A stretch of DNA of 64,000 nucleotides, from positions 66,091-130,090 of the forward strand of contig OZ244148.1 of NCBI GenBank assembly GCA_965216255.1, given 5' to 3'. Both the position numbers and the translations under genes were made by a program. Of the stretch, positions 1-9,534 are shown piece by piece. The DNA comes from Rhodothermales bacterium. GTDB taxonomy: Bacteria; Bacteroidota; Rhodothermia; Rhodothermales; Bin80. The first letter of the stretch is position 1; the number at the start of each line of letters is the position of its first letter. The notes under the pieces were generated by a model that was not told where the DNA came from, did no database searches, and saw only the letters and a program-made list of their open reading frames with translations.

Positions 1-2010
1 GGGCCTTGCAGCACCACGTGGTGTGTCTGAGCCGTTTTCTGGTCCGGGTGCCGTGCAAGCATCTGGCCAGTCATGTACTGGGCCGTGTGCTGCAGCGGCT
101 GCCTATGGACATGGGAAGGCGCTACGGCTACCGTCCATGGGTGGTGGAGACCTATGTGGCACCGGATCAGGAGGGTACGTGCTTCAAGGCGGCCAACTTC
201 GTGCGTATCGGCCAGACGGCCGGTGGCAGGCCCGGCCCGGATGGAGAGCCGGAACCACCCAAGGCGCTGTATGTGTACGAGTTGGATCGCACATGGCGCA
301 GGCGTCTGGGCGTAGCCCGTGTGGAGGCATCTCCCGTGAGGTTGCCGCACGAGGGGATCTCGAGTGAGGCCTGGGCCGAGACAGAATTTGGAGGAGCCCC
401 CTTGGGAGATGTCCGCTTGTCGGCGCGCCTGGTAAAGAGTGCCTCCATGCTTGCCGACGTCACAGGCGGCTCTATCGTGGCCCATACGGCCCATGATGCG
501 GCCGCGGTGAAGGGTCATTACCGGCTGCTGGAGAGCAAAGAGGGCTCGGCGGTGACGCCGGAGAACATCCTGGCGCCGCACCGCGAGCGCACGATAGAGC
601 GCATGCGGAGCCAGAAGGTGGTGCTTTGCGTGCAGGATGGCACAAAGCTGAACTATGCTACGCGCCCGGCCTGTTCTGGATTGCAGGTCATAGGCAGCAA
701 TCAGACCAAGACAGAGACGCTCGGTGTGCCGCTTCATATGACGATGGCGATGACGGCGGACGGTTTGCCGCTGGGGGTGCTCCGGTGCAGCTACAAGAAG
801 CCGGACCCGGGCCCTGAAGCGCCCGGGACGCAGCAGTGGCTTAACGGGTATGCGGATGTGTGCGAGGCAAGAAAGGCGCTCTCGCGGAAGAGTTCAGTGG
901 TGTTGATCATGGACCGGGAGGCGGACAGTTTTGCGCTCTACGACCTGCAGCGCACAGCGCAGCAGGTACATGTGCTGGTGCGTGCCAAAGGTGAGCGTCT
1001 GCTGGTCGGAGGCCAGAAGCTGATTGCGAGCTTGAAGAGTGTTTCCCGGGCCGAGACGATCTCGATCGAGATCTCGCGTGTGACAGCGCGTCCGAAAGCC
1101 TCGCGCCGCAAGGTACGTGCTGCACGGCAGCTACCGGATGGCTAATGCGGAGGTTCGCTACAAGCGGGTGGAGCTTCCGGATCCGCGAGGCAAGGCCGCT
1201 GCTTTAAGCCTGTACGGCGTGCATGTGCGCGAGACGAATCCGCCTGGGGGTCAGAATCCGCTGGAGTGGGTGCTGCTCACGAGCATCAAGCTGCACACGG
1301 CAGAGGATGCGGTCCGGATGCTGGACTATTACCCGAAGAGGTGGCGCATTGAAGACTTCTTCCGGGTACTGAAGAGCGGCTGCAAGGTAGAGAGCATGGC
1401 GCTGCGCACGGCGCTGCGCCTGGAGCGGGGGATCACGATCTGGTGTGTTGTTGCCTGGCGCATCATGGTGTTGACCCTGCTCGGCCGCACGGTGCCGGAA
1501 TTGGATGCGGAGGTGTTCTTTACGGAGATGGAGCTGCGCTTTCTTTCCGGCTATGCCACGCGGGTGAAGCTGCCGCCGCCTCGCACGCTGCAGCAGGCCA
1601 TCCTGGCGGTAGCCGTCCTTGGGGGCTACCAGAACCGCAGCCGCGATGGCCCCCCGGGCCACCAGATCATGTGGCGCGGCATGGACCGGCTAAGCCTTAC
1701 CACCCTGGGATACGAGGTCAGGGACGCGCAGCATTGATGGAATTGCCTGTTCTGCGGGCAAGTCCGGGCAACAATATCCACCCGCTCTGGCGCCCAACAG
1801 ACGGCGCGCATCCTGAAAGACATCCTGTGTACATTCTTGTGCGCATGCCGTAGAAACCGGCCGCAAAGCCCAACATCAGGCCCAACAGCCACCGAAAAGA
1901 CCCGGCACAAGGCACAGATTCCCCATTGAACGGACACATTCACTTGGACTCTTCAGACCCATTAGGCTTACAAAATCGTTTGTCCTAAAAGCCTTATGGG
2001 CAAACGGTAG
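1..2010 (+). mobile_element. IS4-family element (DUF4338-transposase fusion), left part outside window
   Basis: Transposase ORFs 6-1737. Right end TTATGGGCAAACGGTAG at 1994-2010 resembles the end TTGTGGGTAAACGGCAG at 29374-29390; both abut gNCTAGCC. Confidence 0.8.
6..1737 (+). pseudogene. IS4 (IS50/Tn5-like) transposase with N-terminal DUF4338 (DruA-like) domain, frameshifted near 1130
   Basis: DUF4338 motifs LSRFL..LASHVL..YGYRPWVVETYV..CFKAANF; Tn5-like motifs LGDVRL, QDGT, MDREAD, WVLLT, YPKRWRIEDFFRVLKSGC. Split between ORFs 6-1145 and 1117-1737 by a +1 shift. Confidence 0.85.
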
Positions 2011-2697
2011 GCCTAGCCTCCGAAAGCCTGCGGAAATTCTTGCGACGACGCTTCGGCCGCACCGGCGCCGGAAGCCGGCTTCGGTAGTAGCTGGTACGCG
2101 AGAGCCCCACATGCCGGCAGACCGCTTTCGTGCCCATGATCGGACGCAGTAGCGTCACTATCTCCTTCATGGCTGCCCGGCCTTGGTCTCGCTGCTGCTG
2201 CCAAACAGCCTACAGACTTTTTTTGGACCTCTATGACGGCCTTGGCCTGCTCCAGCCGCTGCCGGGACTGCTTCATCTCCTTGCGCAGCCGCGTGATCTC
2301 CTTGTCCTTGGCAAGCAACTCCTTGCCGGCCCGGGTCGAATCGTAGAGCGTTCCTTGATCATGCTGACGGCGTCACTGCGTCAGATGCGACGAGTAAAGG
2401 CCTTCCCGTCGCAAGAGCGCGCCGATCTCTCCGGGCTAGATGCAGGCCTCCGCTTCGTTCAGTATGCGCATTTTGTAACTGGCGCTGAACCGGCAACGCT
2501 TGGCCTTGGGAACCACTTCCGTCGGCGGGACCTCCCCGACTCCATTGGTGTACGAAGGGTTGGATTTGTCCATAGTGCGTAGGGGTATGATGATGGATTG
2601 ATCAGGCTGGACTACCTGACCAGTCCAGCCGCATGAACCCCGCCGCGGCTACAACTCTAATGTACAACCGTGTCTCACTTTATGTTGGTACGGAAGG
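2011..2697 (-). pseudogene. IS3-family remnant (orfA with in-frame stops, start of orfB), cut by the IS4 element
   Basis: Minus strand from 2573 reads TEVVPKAKRCRFSASYKMRILNEAEAC..GEIGALLRREGLYSSHL with stops, then LEQAKAVIEVQKK. End-like sequence near 2671-2697. Confidence 0.7.
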
Positions 2698-2762
2698 CCG
2701 CTGAGAATCGTGGAATTCGGTCAACCACTAGTTATACATGGAAGAAAGAAGAAATCTGATTC

Positions 2763-5700
2763 GTGGCATTAGCTCATGCACATAAAGGGTATGAGTACCA
2801 GGACCTGCTGGTCGCTGTACGGCTGATTGACCGAATGCTTGGGTCAATCGTGGATGTTTGTGTCGACAAGAGACTGGGGCCGGAGGACATTTTTGATGAC
2901 TTAACCACCGTAGATGACACGGGTCGCCGGGAGCGCATCCAGATCAAGCACACTGGCAAGACTAACCAGGCTTTGACGCTGGCGACTTTCACTCAGAAAA
3001 CACGCGGGCTCCGCTTGGATCGTGTCATTTCAGCAGCTCTCGCAGATCGAGATAGACACGGTGGGAGAGCCAGGGAGGTTTTGTACCGAATAGTAATGCG
3101 GGATAAACCTCCGGCTGACTCAGGCCTGTGCTCTGTTCTTCAGCCAGCTATTCCTGACCCTGGCCCTTTCTTGCGTGGAATGAACAGCGTGCGATTGCGC
3201 TTCTGCACTAACTCTCTGCACGACTACTTCAGCAACGTGATAGCTGGATTAACCATTGATGAAGCAGATCTAGAGTGGGTATGTAAGCACCTCATTGTTG
3301 AGCTTGATGCACCAGATGCGAGCTTTGATTTACTCAGCCCAGGTCCAGCCGAAGAACTACTGCTGAAACGCGTCCAGAACGAGGTAGGTGCGGGAGTTTA
3401 TCCCAATACACACCGCTCGGTTATTGATGTTGCGGAGGCCCTTATCCGTTCCGCCCGTGCAGCACGACAGGATTTGGTTACACTTTCTAGTGCGGAGCTG
3501 CTACGTCGGGCTCAGTTGTGTAGCGACTTCGGTGCAGTTGCCCGTGCCCATCCGGTTGACCTGGCCATAGAGGTAAAACGCAATACGGTTGTGACGAATA
3601 TGGTTCACCAGATTACGGCAGCAGCCGACAAGGGTGAATTCGTCCTTTTAGTAGGGCCACCTGGTCAAGGGAAGACTTGGATTTGCCAGCAGGTTGTAAA
3701 TGGTCTCTCAGAGAATGAATGGCTCGTTGCAGAGCATTACTGTTATCTCGGAGATGCAGACGGGGAGCGGTTTTCTCGCGTACGCACGGAGTCAGTATTC
3801 GGAAGCCTCCTCAAACAAATCGCCCAGTCTGACCCAGATCTCGTGTCCAAGCAGCGGCCGAGGTTCGCGGCCAGTAAACAGGCGCTCGAAGACGCTGTTT
3901 GCAAAGCGCTTGAGAAGCAGTCTGGTCGCCGTGTTGCCCTTGTGATTGATGGGATAGACCATGTGACTCGCGTTATCGGAAGATCGTCTGCAACTGACCC
4001 GTCCTTTTCAATGGCCGAGGCACTTGCTGCCCTTGAGCTACCGCGCGGCAGCGCGTTGATCGTTCTGAGCCAGCCCGGTAGTCACCTGGAGGCTCTTAAG
4101 GCAGTCGGGAGCGTTACGATATGCGTTCCGAGCCTAACTGATGGCGAATTACGGCAACTCGCCTTTAGGCTTGGCATACTTGGTGCCCCTCCAGATAACA
4201 CCGATTATTCAAATGACACACCCCTGCTCACCGATCAGAGGCGTGTCGACAAATTCGTAGCTACCCTATCAGACCGGTCCAAGGGTAACGCGTTATATGC
4301 TACATACCTGTGCAAAGAGGCTCTAAGTCCGACAACGATGGCAACGCCATCAGAGGCCGTAAGCCGTCTGCCCCAATTTGACGAATCCCTCTCCAGCTAC
4401 TATCGCCATATCTATACCTCGCTTGGAGAAAAAGGAGATTGGGTGGCTGATGTCCTTGCCCTGCTTGATTTTCCTGTTTCCCGTAGCGAGTTGAAGGCTA
4501 TTCGCCCCGATAACGCTCACAGGGTGGATGAAGCAATCGCAATACTTCGGCCAGTTCTATTGGAACGTGCCACACAAGCTGGTATCCGCATTTACCATGA
4601 ATCGTTTGCGCGTTTTTTAAGACAGCCGTTTCAAGAAGATGAGAACGCGAGAACTGGACTGCTGGACAGAATCATTGAATGGCTTGAAAAAAGGGGCATA
4701 TTTGAAGATTCACGTGCATATCGTCACCTCTTGCCGATTCTGTTCGAGGCCAATTACCAGAATAGAATAGTCGATCTGGTTGGTCGCGACTTTGTTGTCG
4801 AGTCCATAGCTGCTGGATTTCCTAAGTCAGCTATCATTAGGAACTTAGCCACAGCTGTGCGCAGTGCCGCCTACATTGAGAATTGGCCTGCTGTCGTCCG
4901 CTACGTGGAGATGAGTCGCTCCGCTGAAGCATACCAAGAGGAGCGATTTCAGTCTCTGATAGTGAGCTATGTAGACGTAATAGCGTCTCTGCTGGGCTCA
5001 GATAGTTTGGCAGAAAAACTGTTGCACGATGGGCGTCCCACAATGGACGCTCAGTCGGGCCTTCAAATGTGTGCGGCACTTGACGCATTCGGCGCCGTTC
5101 CGCCGTGGCAGGAATACATGCGAGCATACATCCGGCAACATAAGGATGATCACTCGGAACACCGAGCGTCTTCCGTTAGGCCGGCAAATACAGATTGGCT
5201 GCGCGGTCGACTACGCTTGGCAGCCAATAGGGAAATACAGCAGCGAATATCCAACGACGCTTCTACGTCGGGAAATAGTCCCGAGGATAGCGACTCTGAC
5301 CTCTACTCCCCATTGAACTGGCGGTTGCTGGCATGGCAGATTGATGAGAACCAACTTTCCCAAGGCAGCGTGGTTGAGACAATTCTTGACACACTCGGAG
5401 AGCGTGCTTTAGTTGAGTTTATTGAGAAGCTCACTCATCCCGGTCTGGCTTGTCTTGAGTTTGCCGAGGCCATAGCCGCAGGGAAGGCTTCGGAATCGAC
5501 TGGAAATGCTTCCGACTGGGCCAGGCGGGCAGCAGAATGTGATCTTCCACATGGTCAGGCTTGGCGTTTGATGGCACTTGGAGTGGACAGTGACCAAATC
5601 AGTCGTCAGCCTGTGCAGAAGGCCAGGAATGATCTATTGGATCTAACAAGGAGAGTACAAGATTATTCTGCATTATCAGAGAATGGGGTACTTGGAGAAT

Positions 5701-8700
5701 GGATGGATGCTTGCTCAGTCGCGGCAGTAAATGACCCGCTTGGATTGGCTTCAGCGGAGGCTTTGCTCAAAGATCCCGGATGGTATATCTGCTGGCTACA
5801 ATTCACTATTGCTCTAGTGTCTGCCGAGGCAGCCTCCAACTCGAAGCAGTCGCAATTGGGATTGTCGGCGCTTCATATCCTCACCAGAAGTCAGGAGCCT
5901 TTGGCTGACAAACCAAGGGTGGTCGACCTTTATCGAATTCGCTTTCTGATTTATGACACTTTGAAGCGGGCAGTTGCCTTGCTTGATGACCCCGCTTGGG
6001 AAGAGGCGATATTGATTCTTGTCGATGTTTGCGATGCGAATTTTACGGGATTGAGCAGTCCAATTAGTCGCAGTAGATTGCTAAATCTAGTTGTAGAGAC
6101 TGCAACTCCGACGCGGGGGGTAACAGCCCTCGCTTTTGTTCATGGTGAAATCGAGAATGGCCGAGGGAGTAAGTTTTACTCAGACTTGGCGGAATTGCGG
6201 CTGATCGCTGCGCGGCTCGCATTGAAGACCAATGATCCAAGTGAGGCTCGGCGGCATTGGACTGACGTCTGTCGACTGCTCATCGGGTACGGATGGCACA
6301 AGGATACCACAATATTTGAATTACTAGATCCGCTCCACGCTTTGATCGATGTCGATTCTGCTCGCGGTCGAAAGGCTGTCGCTGAAATACGGCCGTTATG
6401 CGAACGGGTTCTGCAACACACAGATGGAGATGGGACGTATCGTGCGCAGAGCCAATGGTGGCAGCTGCTCGCGAAAGCGGACCCTTGTGCACTTGCCCGA
6501 TTAGTTCAACCAAGATTATTGGCTTCGTGCAATGATCCAAACAGGCTGTTGCATAGTGCTCGGTCTGATTTATGGCGTGCATGGCACCACAGAGCTAATC
6601 CTATTGTTGCCGGTGTTCTGCGGCTGACGTTACAGGAGCCATTGGACATGAAAGACCGACAGGCATTGAGGCTGCTCGCAAATATCTGCGATGGGACAGG
6701 CAATGACCAGCCCTCACGACTGATGATTGCATTGATGGCGCGTGCAGACGAACGGCCAGTCAAGTACGGCGATAGCAATAGCAACGAGCTTTTGGATCTG
6801 GATAATAAGCTCGTAGACGATCTAAACTCCATTGCAGGACATGTGTGCGTACCGAGAATTGCTTCATTACCTACGACTGAATTGGTCGTCGAAGAGTCAG
6901 CCGCATTTAGTCGCCCCCCGAGGCATCGAGCGGTACCTCGCCTAATCGGTCAGGTTTACGCAGTGTTTAAACCTGGGATGGATGGCATTGCCCAGGCAAT
7001 CCGTGATTGGCAAGGCCACCAGTGCGACGAGCCACTCCAAGGCCGGTCTGTGGATCGGTTTGCAAACATTCTTGGTTACCGAATCATCGAGCTCATTGAA
7101 GCGGGACGAGAAGGAGATGCTCAAACGGCTATTAGGTCAATTGCTAATGCTGGAAGGATTTTCGAAGAGCCGACGTTGCTGAAATCGCTCGCAGACGGAT
7201 TTGAACGTCAAGGAAAAGTTTGCCTTGCAGCCTTGGCGTATACTTTGGTGTGGACGCGTGCGCGGGGCCAAGGTGGATGGCTGAATTTCGGAGGTGAAAC
7301 AGAAATAGAATCCCTTCGGCACGCCGCAAAACTTGATCGAGCCCTCGTATTGAGTACCATCGCAGAGGAAATTGAACGGGGATTCTTTGAACCAGTGGGG
7401 ACATACGGGATCACTCAGGCACTCATTTACGGATTCGCAAAAGGCGGACTTGGCATTTCTGATTTAACTTGTTTCGATATCTGGTATGAGGGACTGGCTG
7501 TCATTGCCAGCCGATTACCGCGCGTTGGAGAGGCCGACAATCCTGGAGATGTCTATGTAGCGCCAGACCCCGATAGCGGGGCAGACCTGCTTGGAGATAT
7601 TGATATTGCATTCGCAGCAGCGACGGTCGCTGGGTTAGCTCATCCAGGTAGGGAACAGAAGAGGCGATCGCTGTTGGGAATTCAAGTGCTTATTAGTGAG
7701 CGCGCGTCTGTCGCAATAGCGCCCTTGGGGTCTGCACTGTCTTCATTATCTGATCCGGCTACACTAACTTGGCTACTTCGTGTGATCGAAATGGCGGATG
7801 AGAAAGCGGCACCCATAATTGCGCGATCTCGTAGCGTACTCATAAAATTGACCGAGCGTCCACACTTGACAGTCCGCGCACTTGCTCGGCGGATAATCTC
7901 TCGCGATAATGTCCCTCTGTGTCATCCTAACGAGCCAGATCCTGAACTTCTTGATTGTGATTCCACAGGTGCACTGCTTTTCGAGGAGACTAAAGGTGCT
8001 CAGGAGGCTACTACACCAATTGACGGGTTTATTGATTTGGTAGCAGGTGTACGTCTTTCACGAGCCGAGCGACTCCTTCCTGGCTTGGGAGACTCTGTGC
8101 GCAGAAGAGTGAAGGCACAGCTAGACGGTGAAACGCATAGGCGTCGGATTAGGGCACAACTCGACGCTTATGCGTACCGTGTGAGAGAACGTAGACCAGA
8201 CGCTTTCCTAGTGTCGGAAGAGACTGTCGAAAATGCCATGCAGCGAGCTGCAACCGGGATCCGTGGGGCTTGGCTAATGAATTATGGAACAGTATCGGAT
8301 CCCGTCAGACTGGAAGAGCGCCTCGCAAATGCATTACTAGACGACCCGGCGCTTCCCTTGGCCGTGGAACGGACGCGCCAGCCACGACCAGAGATTCCCC
8401 CACCACCATCAAAGGGTGATCCGTTATGGCACACGCTGATTGAACGTGCCGAAGGCGCATCCTATGTTGAAACGGGCATTGCCTCCGCTCGCCAGGACCG
8501 TGACCGACTTTTCGCCACTATGGACATTTCGAAAAATGAAATTGTGCCAACCATTGTTGACGGACCCTACAGCGGCTGGCGATTGGTGGCTGCGGTCGAG
8601 GAGCGGGTAATCTCCCAGCCCGACTCAATAAACAATGAGGATGATATCGCGAATCGTTTCAGGATCATTGAGTTACGCCTCGATGGGGATCGACGAGCGC

Positions 8701-9134
8701 TCACTCTTCCGCCAGTTGCAGAAGGAGATATCCAGACATGGAGGTCTACAGTTACGCCAGCCGTCTCTGAAAATCGACGAATTCGAAGTAGCCCTATTAT
8801 TGGCTTCGACTTCGACGTTCGTGCTGCTGGCGACGGTCATCTCGGGTTGGGCATCCAGAGAGGACTACTCACGCCGACCAAATTTCTTGTCGTGGCACTT
8901 GGTCTGAAAGAAAGTGCCTACTTCGTACTTGACGATGACATCGGACCAGCGCTCGCACTAATCACTTGGCGAACAGAGTACGATACCAGCGATTACTATC
9001 TTCCACTACCTCGGTTGCGCGGTGCAGGTTTGGTTCTCCGGAGCGATGTCTTCGATAGATTGGTTCGCACGGCTCAGGGGCAAATGATTTTTCGAGACTT
9101 TCTCTCGGCCCAAGTTTACCATTGTGCTTCATAA
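2763..9134 (+). CDS. Large STAND/NACHT NTPase with N-terminal PD-(D/E)xK nuclease (Avs-like antiviral protein)
   Basis: 2123 aa. GYEYQD..FDD..IQIKH nuclease motif, Walker A GPPGQGKT, Walker B LVIDGIDH, GNALY, long helical C-terminus with GYGWHKD. The last ~8 codons come from the IS1634 end. Confidence 0.8.
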   Translation: MALAHAHKGYEYQDLLVAVRLIDRMLGSIVDVCVDKRLGPEDIFDDLTTVDDTGRRERIQIKHTGKTNQALTLATFTQKTRGLRLDRVISAALADRDRHGGRAREVLYRIVMRDKPPADSGLCSVLQPAIPDPGPFLRGMNSVRLRFCTNSLHDYFSNVIAGLTIDEADLEWVCKHLIVELDAPDASFDLLSPGPAEELLLKRVQNEVGAGVYPNTHRSVIDVAEALIRSARAARQDLVTLSSAELLRRAQLCSDFGAVARAHPVDLAIEVKRNTVVTNMVHQITAAADKGEFVLLVGPPGQGKTWICQQVVNGLSENEWLVAEHYCYLGDADGERFSRVRTESVFGSLLKQIAQSDPDLVSKQRPRFAASKQALEDAVCKALEKQSGRRVALVIDGIDHVTRVIGRSSATDPSFSMAEALAALELPRGSALIVLSQPGSHLEALKAVGSVTICVPSLTDGELRQLAFRLGILGAPPDNTDYSNDTPLLTDQRRVDKFVATLSDRSKGNALYATYLCKEALSPTTMATPSEAVSRLPQFDESLSSYYRHIYTSLGEKGDWVADVLALLDFPVSRSELKAIRPDNAHRVDEAIAILRPVLLERATQAGIRIYHESFARFLRQPFQEDENARTGLLDRIIEWLEKRGIFEDSRAYRHLLPILFEANYQNRIVDLVGRDFVVESIAAGFPKSAIIRNLATAVRSAAYIENWPAVVRYVEMSRSAEAYQEERFQSLIVSYVDVIASLLGSDSLAEKLLHDGRPTMDAQSGLQMCAALDAFGAVPPWQEYMRAYIRQHKDDHSEHRASSVRPANTDWLRGRLRLAANREIQQRISNDASTSGNSPEDSDSDLYSPLNWRLLAWQIDENQLSQGSVVETILDTLGERALVEFIEKLTHPGLACLEFAEAIAAGKASESTGNASDWARRAAECDLPHGQAWRLMALGVDSDQISRQPVQKARNDLLDLTRRVQDYSALSENGVLGEWMDACSVAAVNDPLGLASAEALLKDPGWYICWLQFTIALVSAEAASNSKQSQLGLSALHILTRSQEPLADKPRVVDLYRIRFLIYDTLKRAVALLDDPAWEEAILILVDVCDANFTGLSSPISRSRLLNLVVETATPTRGVTALAFVHGEIENGRGSKFYSDLAELRLIAARLALKTNDPSEARRHWTDVCRLLIGYGWHKDTTIFELLDPLHALIDVDSARGRKAVAEIRPLCERVLQHTDGDGTYRAQSQWWQLLAKADPCALARLVQPRLLASCNDPNRLLHSARSDLWRAWHHRANPIVAGVLRLTLQEPLDMKDRQALRLLANICDGTGNDQPSRLMIALMARADERPVKYGDSNSNELLDLDNKLVDDLNSIAGHVCVPRIASLPTTELVVEESAAFSRPPRHRAVPRLIGQVYAVFKPGMDGIAQAIRDWQGHQCDEPLQGRSVDRFANILGYRIIELIEAGREGDAQTAIRSIANAGRIFEEPTLLKSLADGFERQGKVCLAALAYTLVWTRARGQGGWLNFGGETEIESLRHAAKLDRALVLSTIAEEIERGFFEPVGTYGITQALIYGFAKGGLGISDLTCFDIWYEGLAVIASRLPRVGEADNPGDVYVAPDPDSGADLLGDIDIAFAAATVAGLAHPGREQKRRSLLGIQVLISERASVAIAPLGSALSSLSDPATLTWLLRVIEMADEKAAPIIARSRSVLIKLTERPHLTVRALARRIISRDNVPLCHPNEPDPELLDCDSTGALLFEETKGAQEATTPIDGFIDLVAGVRLSRAERLLPGLGDSVRRRVKAQLDGETHRRRIRAQLDAYAYRVRERRPDAFLVSEETVENAMQRAATGIRGAWLMNYGTVSDPVRLEERLANALLDDPALPLAVERTRQPRPEIPPPPSKGDPLWHTLIERAEGASYVETGIASARQDRDRLFATMDISKNEIVPTIVDGPYSGWRLVAAVEERVISQPDSINNEDDIANRFRIIELRLDGDRRALTLPPVAEGDIQTWRSTVTPAVSENRRIRSSPIIGFDFDVRAAGDGHLGLGIQRGLLTPTKFLVVALGLKESAYFVLDDDIGPALALITWRTEYDTSDYYLPLPRLRGAGLVLRSDVFDRLVRTAQGQMIFRDFLSAQVYHCAS

Positions 9135-9534
9135 CAGGTTGTAAAGTAGAGACATGAGAATTGTTCTGGCACAACAAATGGCCGCCAAGTGAGGTTTTAT
9201 GCCTTAGGTCATATGATCGTCTTGTGCATGGCCAAGGGCAGTGGATCGATGCACAAGGCATCGTAAATGGCCCTTAGTTCCATATCCGGCTGCGAGCTGG
9301 TGCGGACATGGAGTGTGCGTGCCTCCTTGCGCTCGAAGATGCTGGTCGTGCGAACCTGACGACGAAGGATCCTCCTGAGTGTCGTCCAGCTGAAGCGTAG
9401 TCCTTTCTGGCGCAGAGTAAGCGTCCGGTGAAGTACAGGTCAGCGGCAGCTACAGGTGTGCCGATGGGTACAGGACGGCTGGAAGGCGGAGAGCAGGTGG
9501 GCTTGCCGGATCCGGCACACTCGGCGCTTGGCAG

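Noticed and set aside
1-400. Druantia defence system
   Set aside because: DUF4338 is part of an IS4 transposase here and no dru operon is adjacent.
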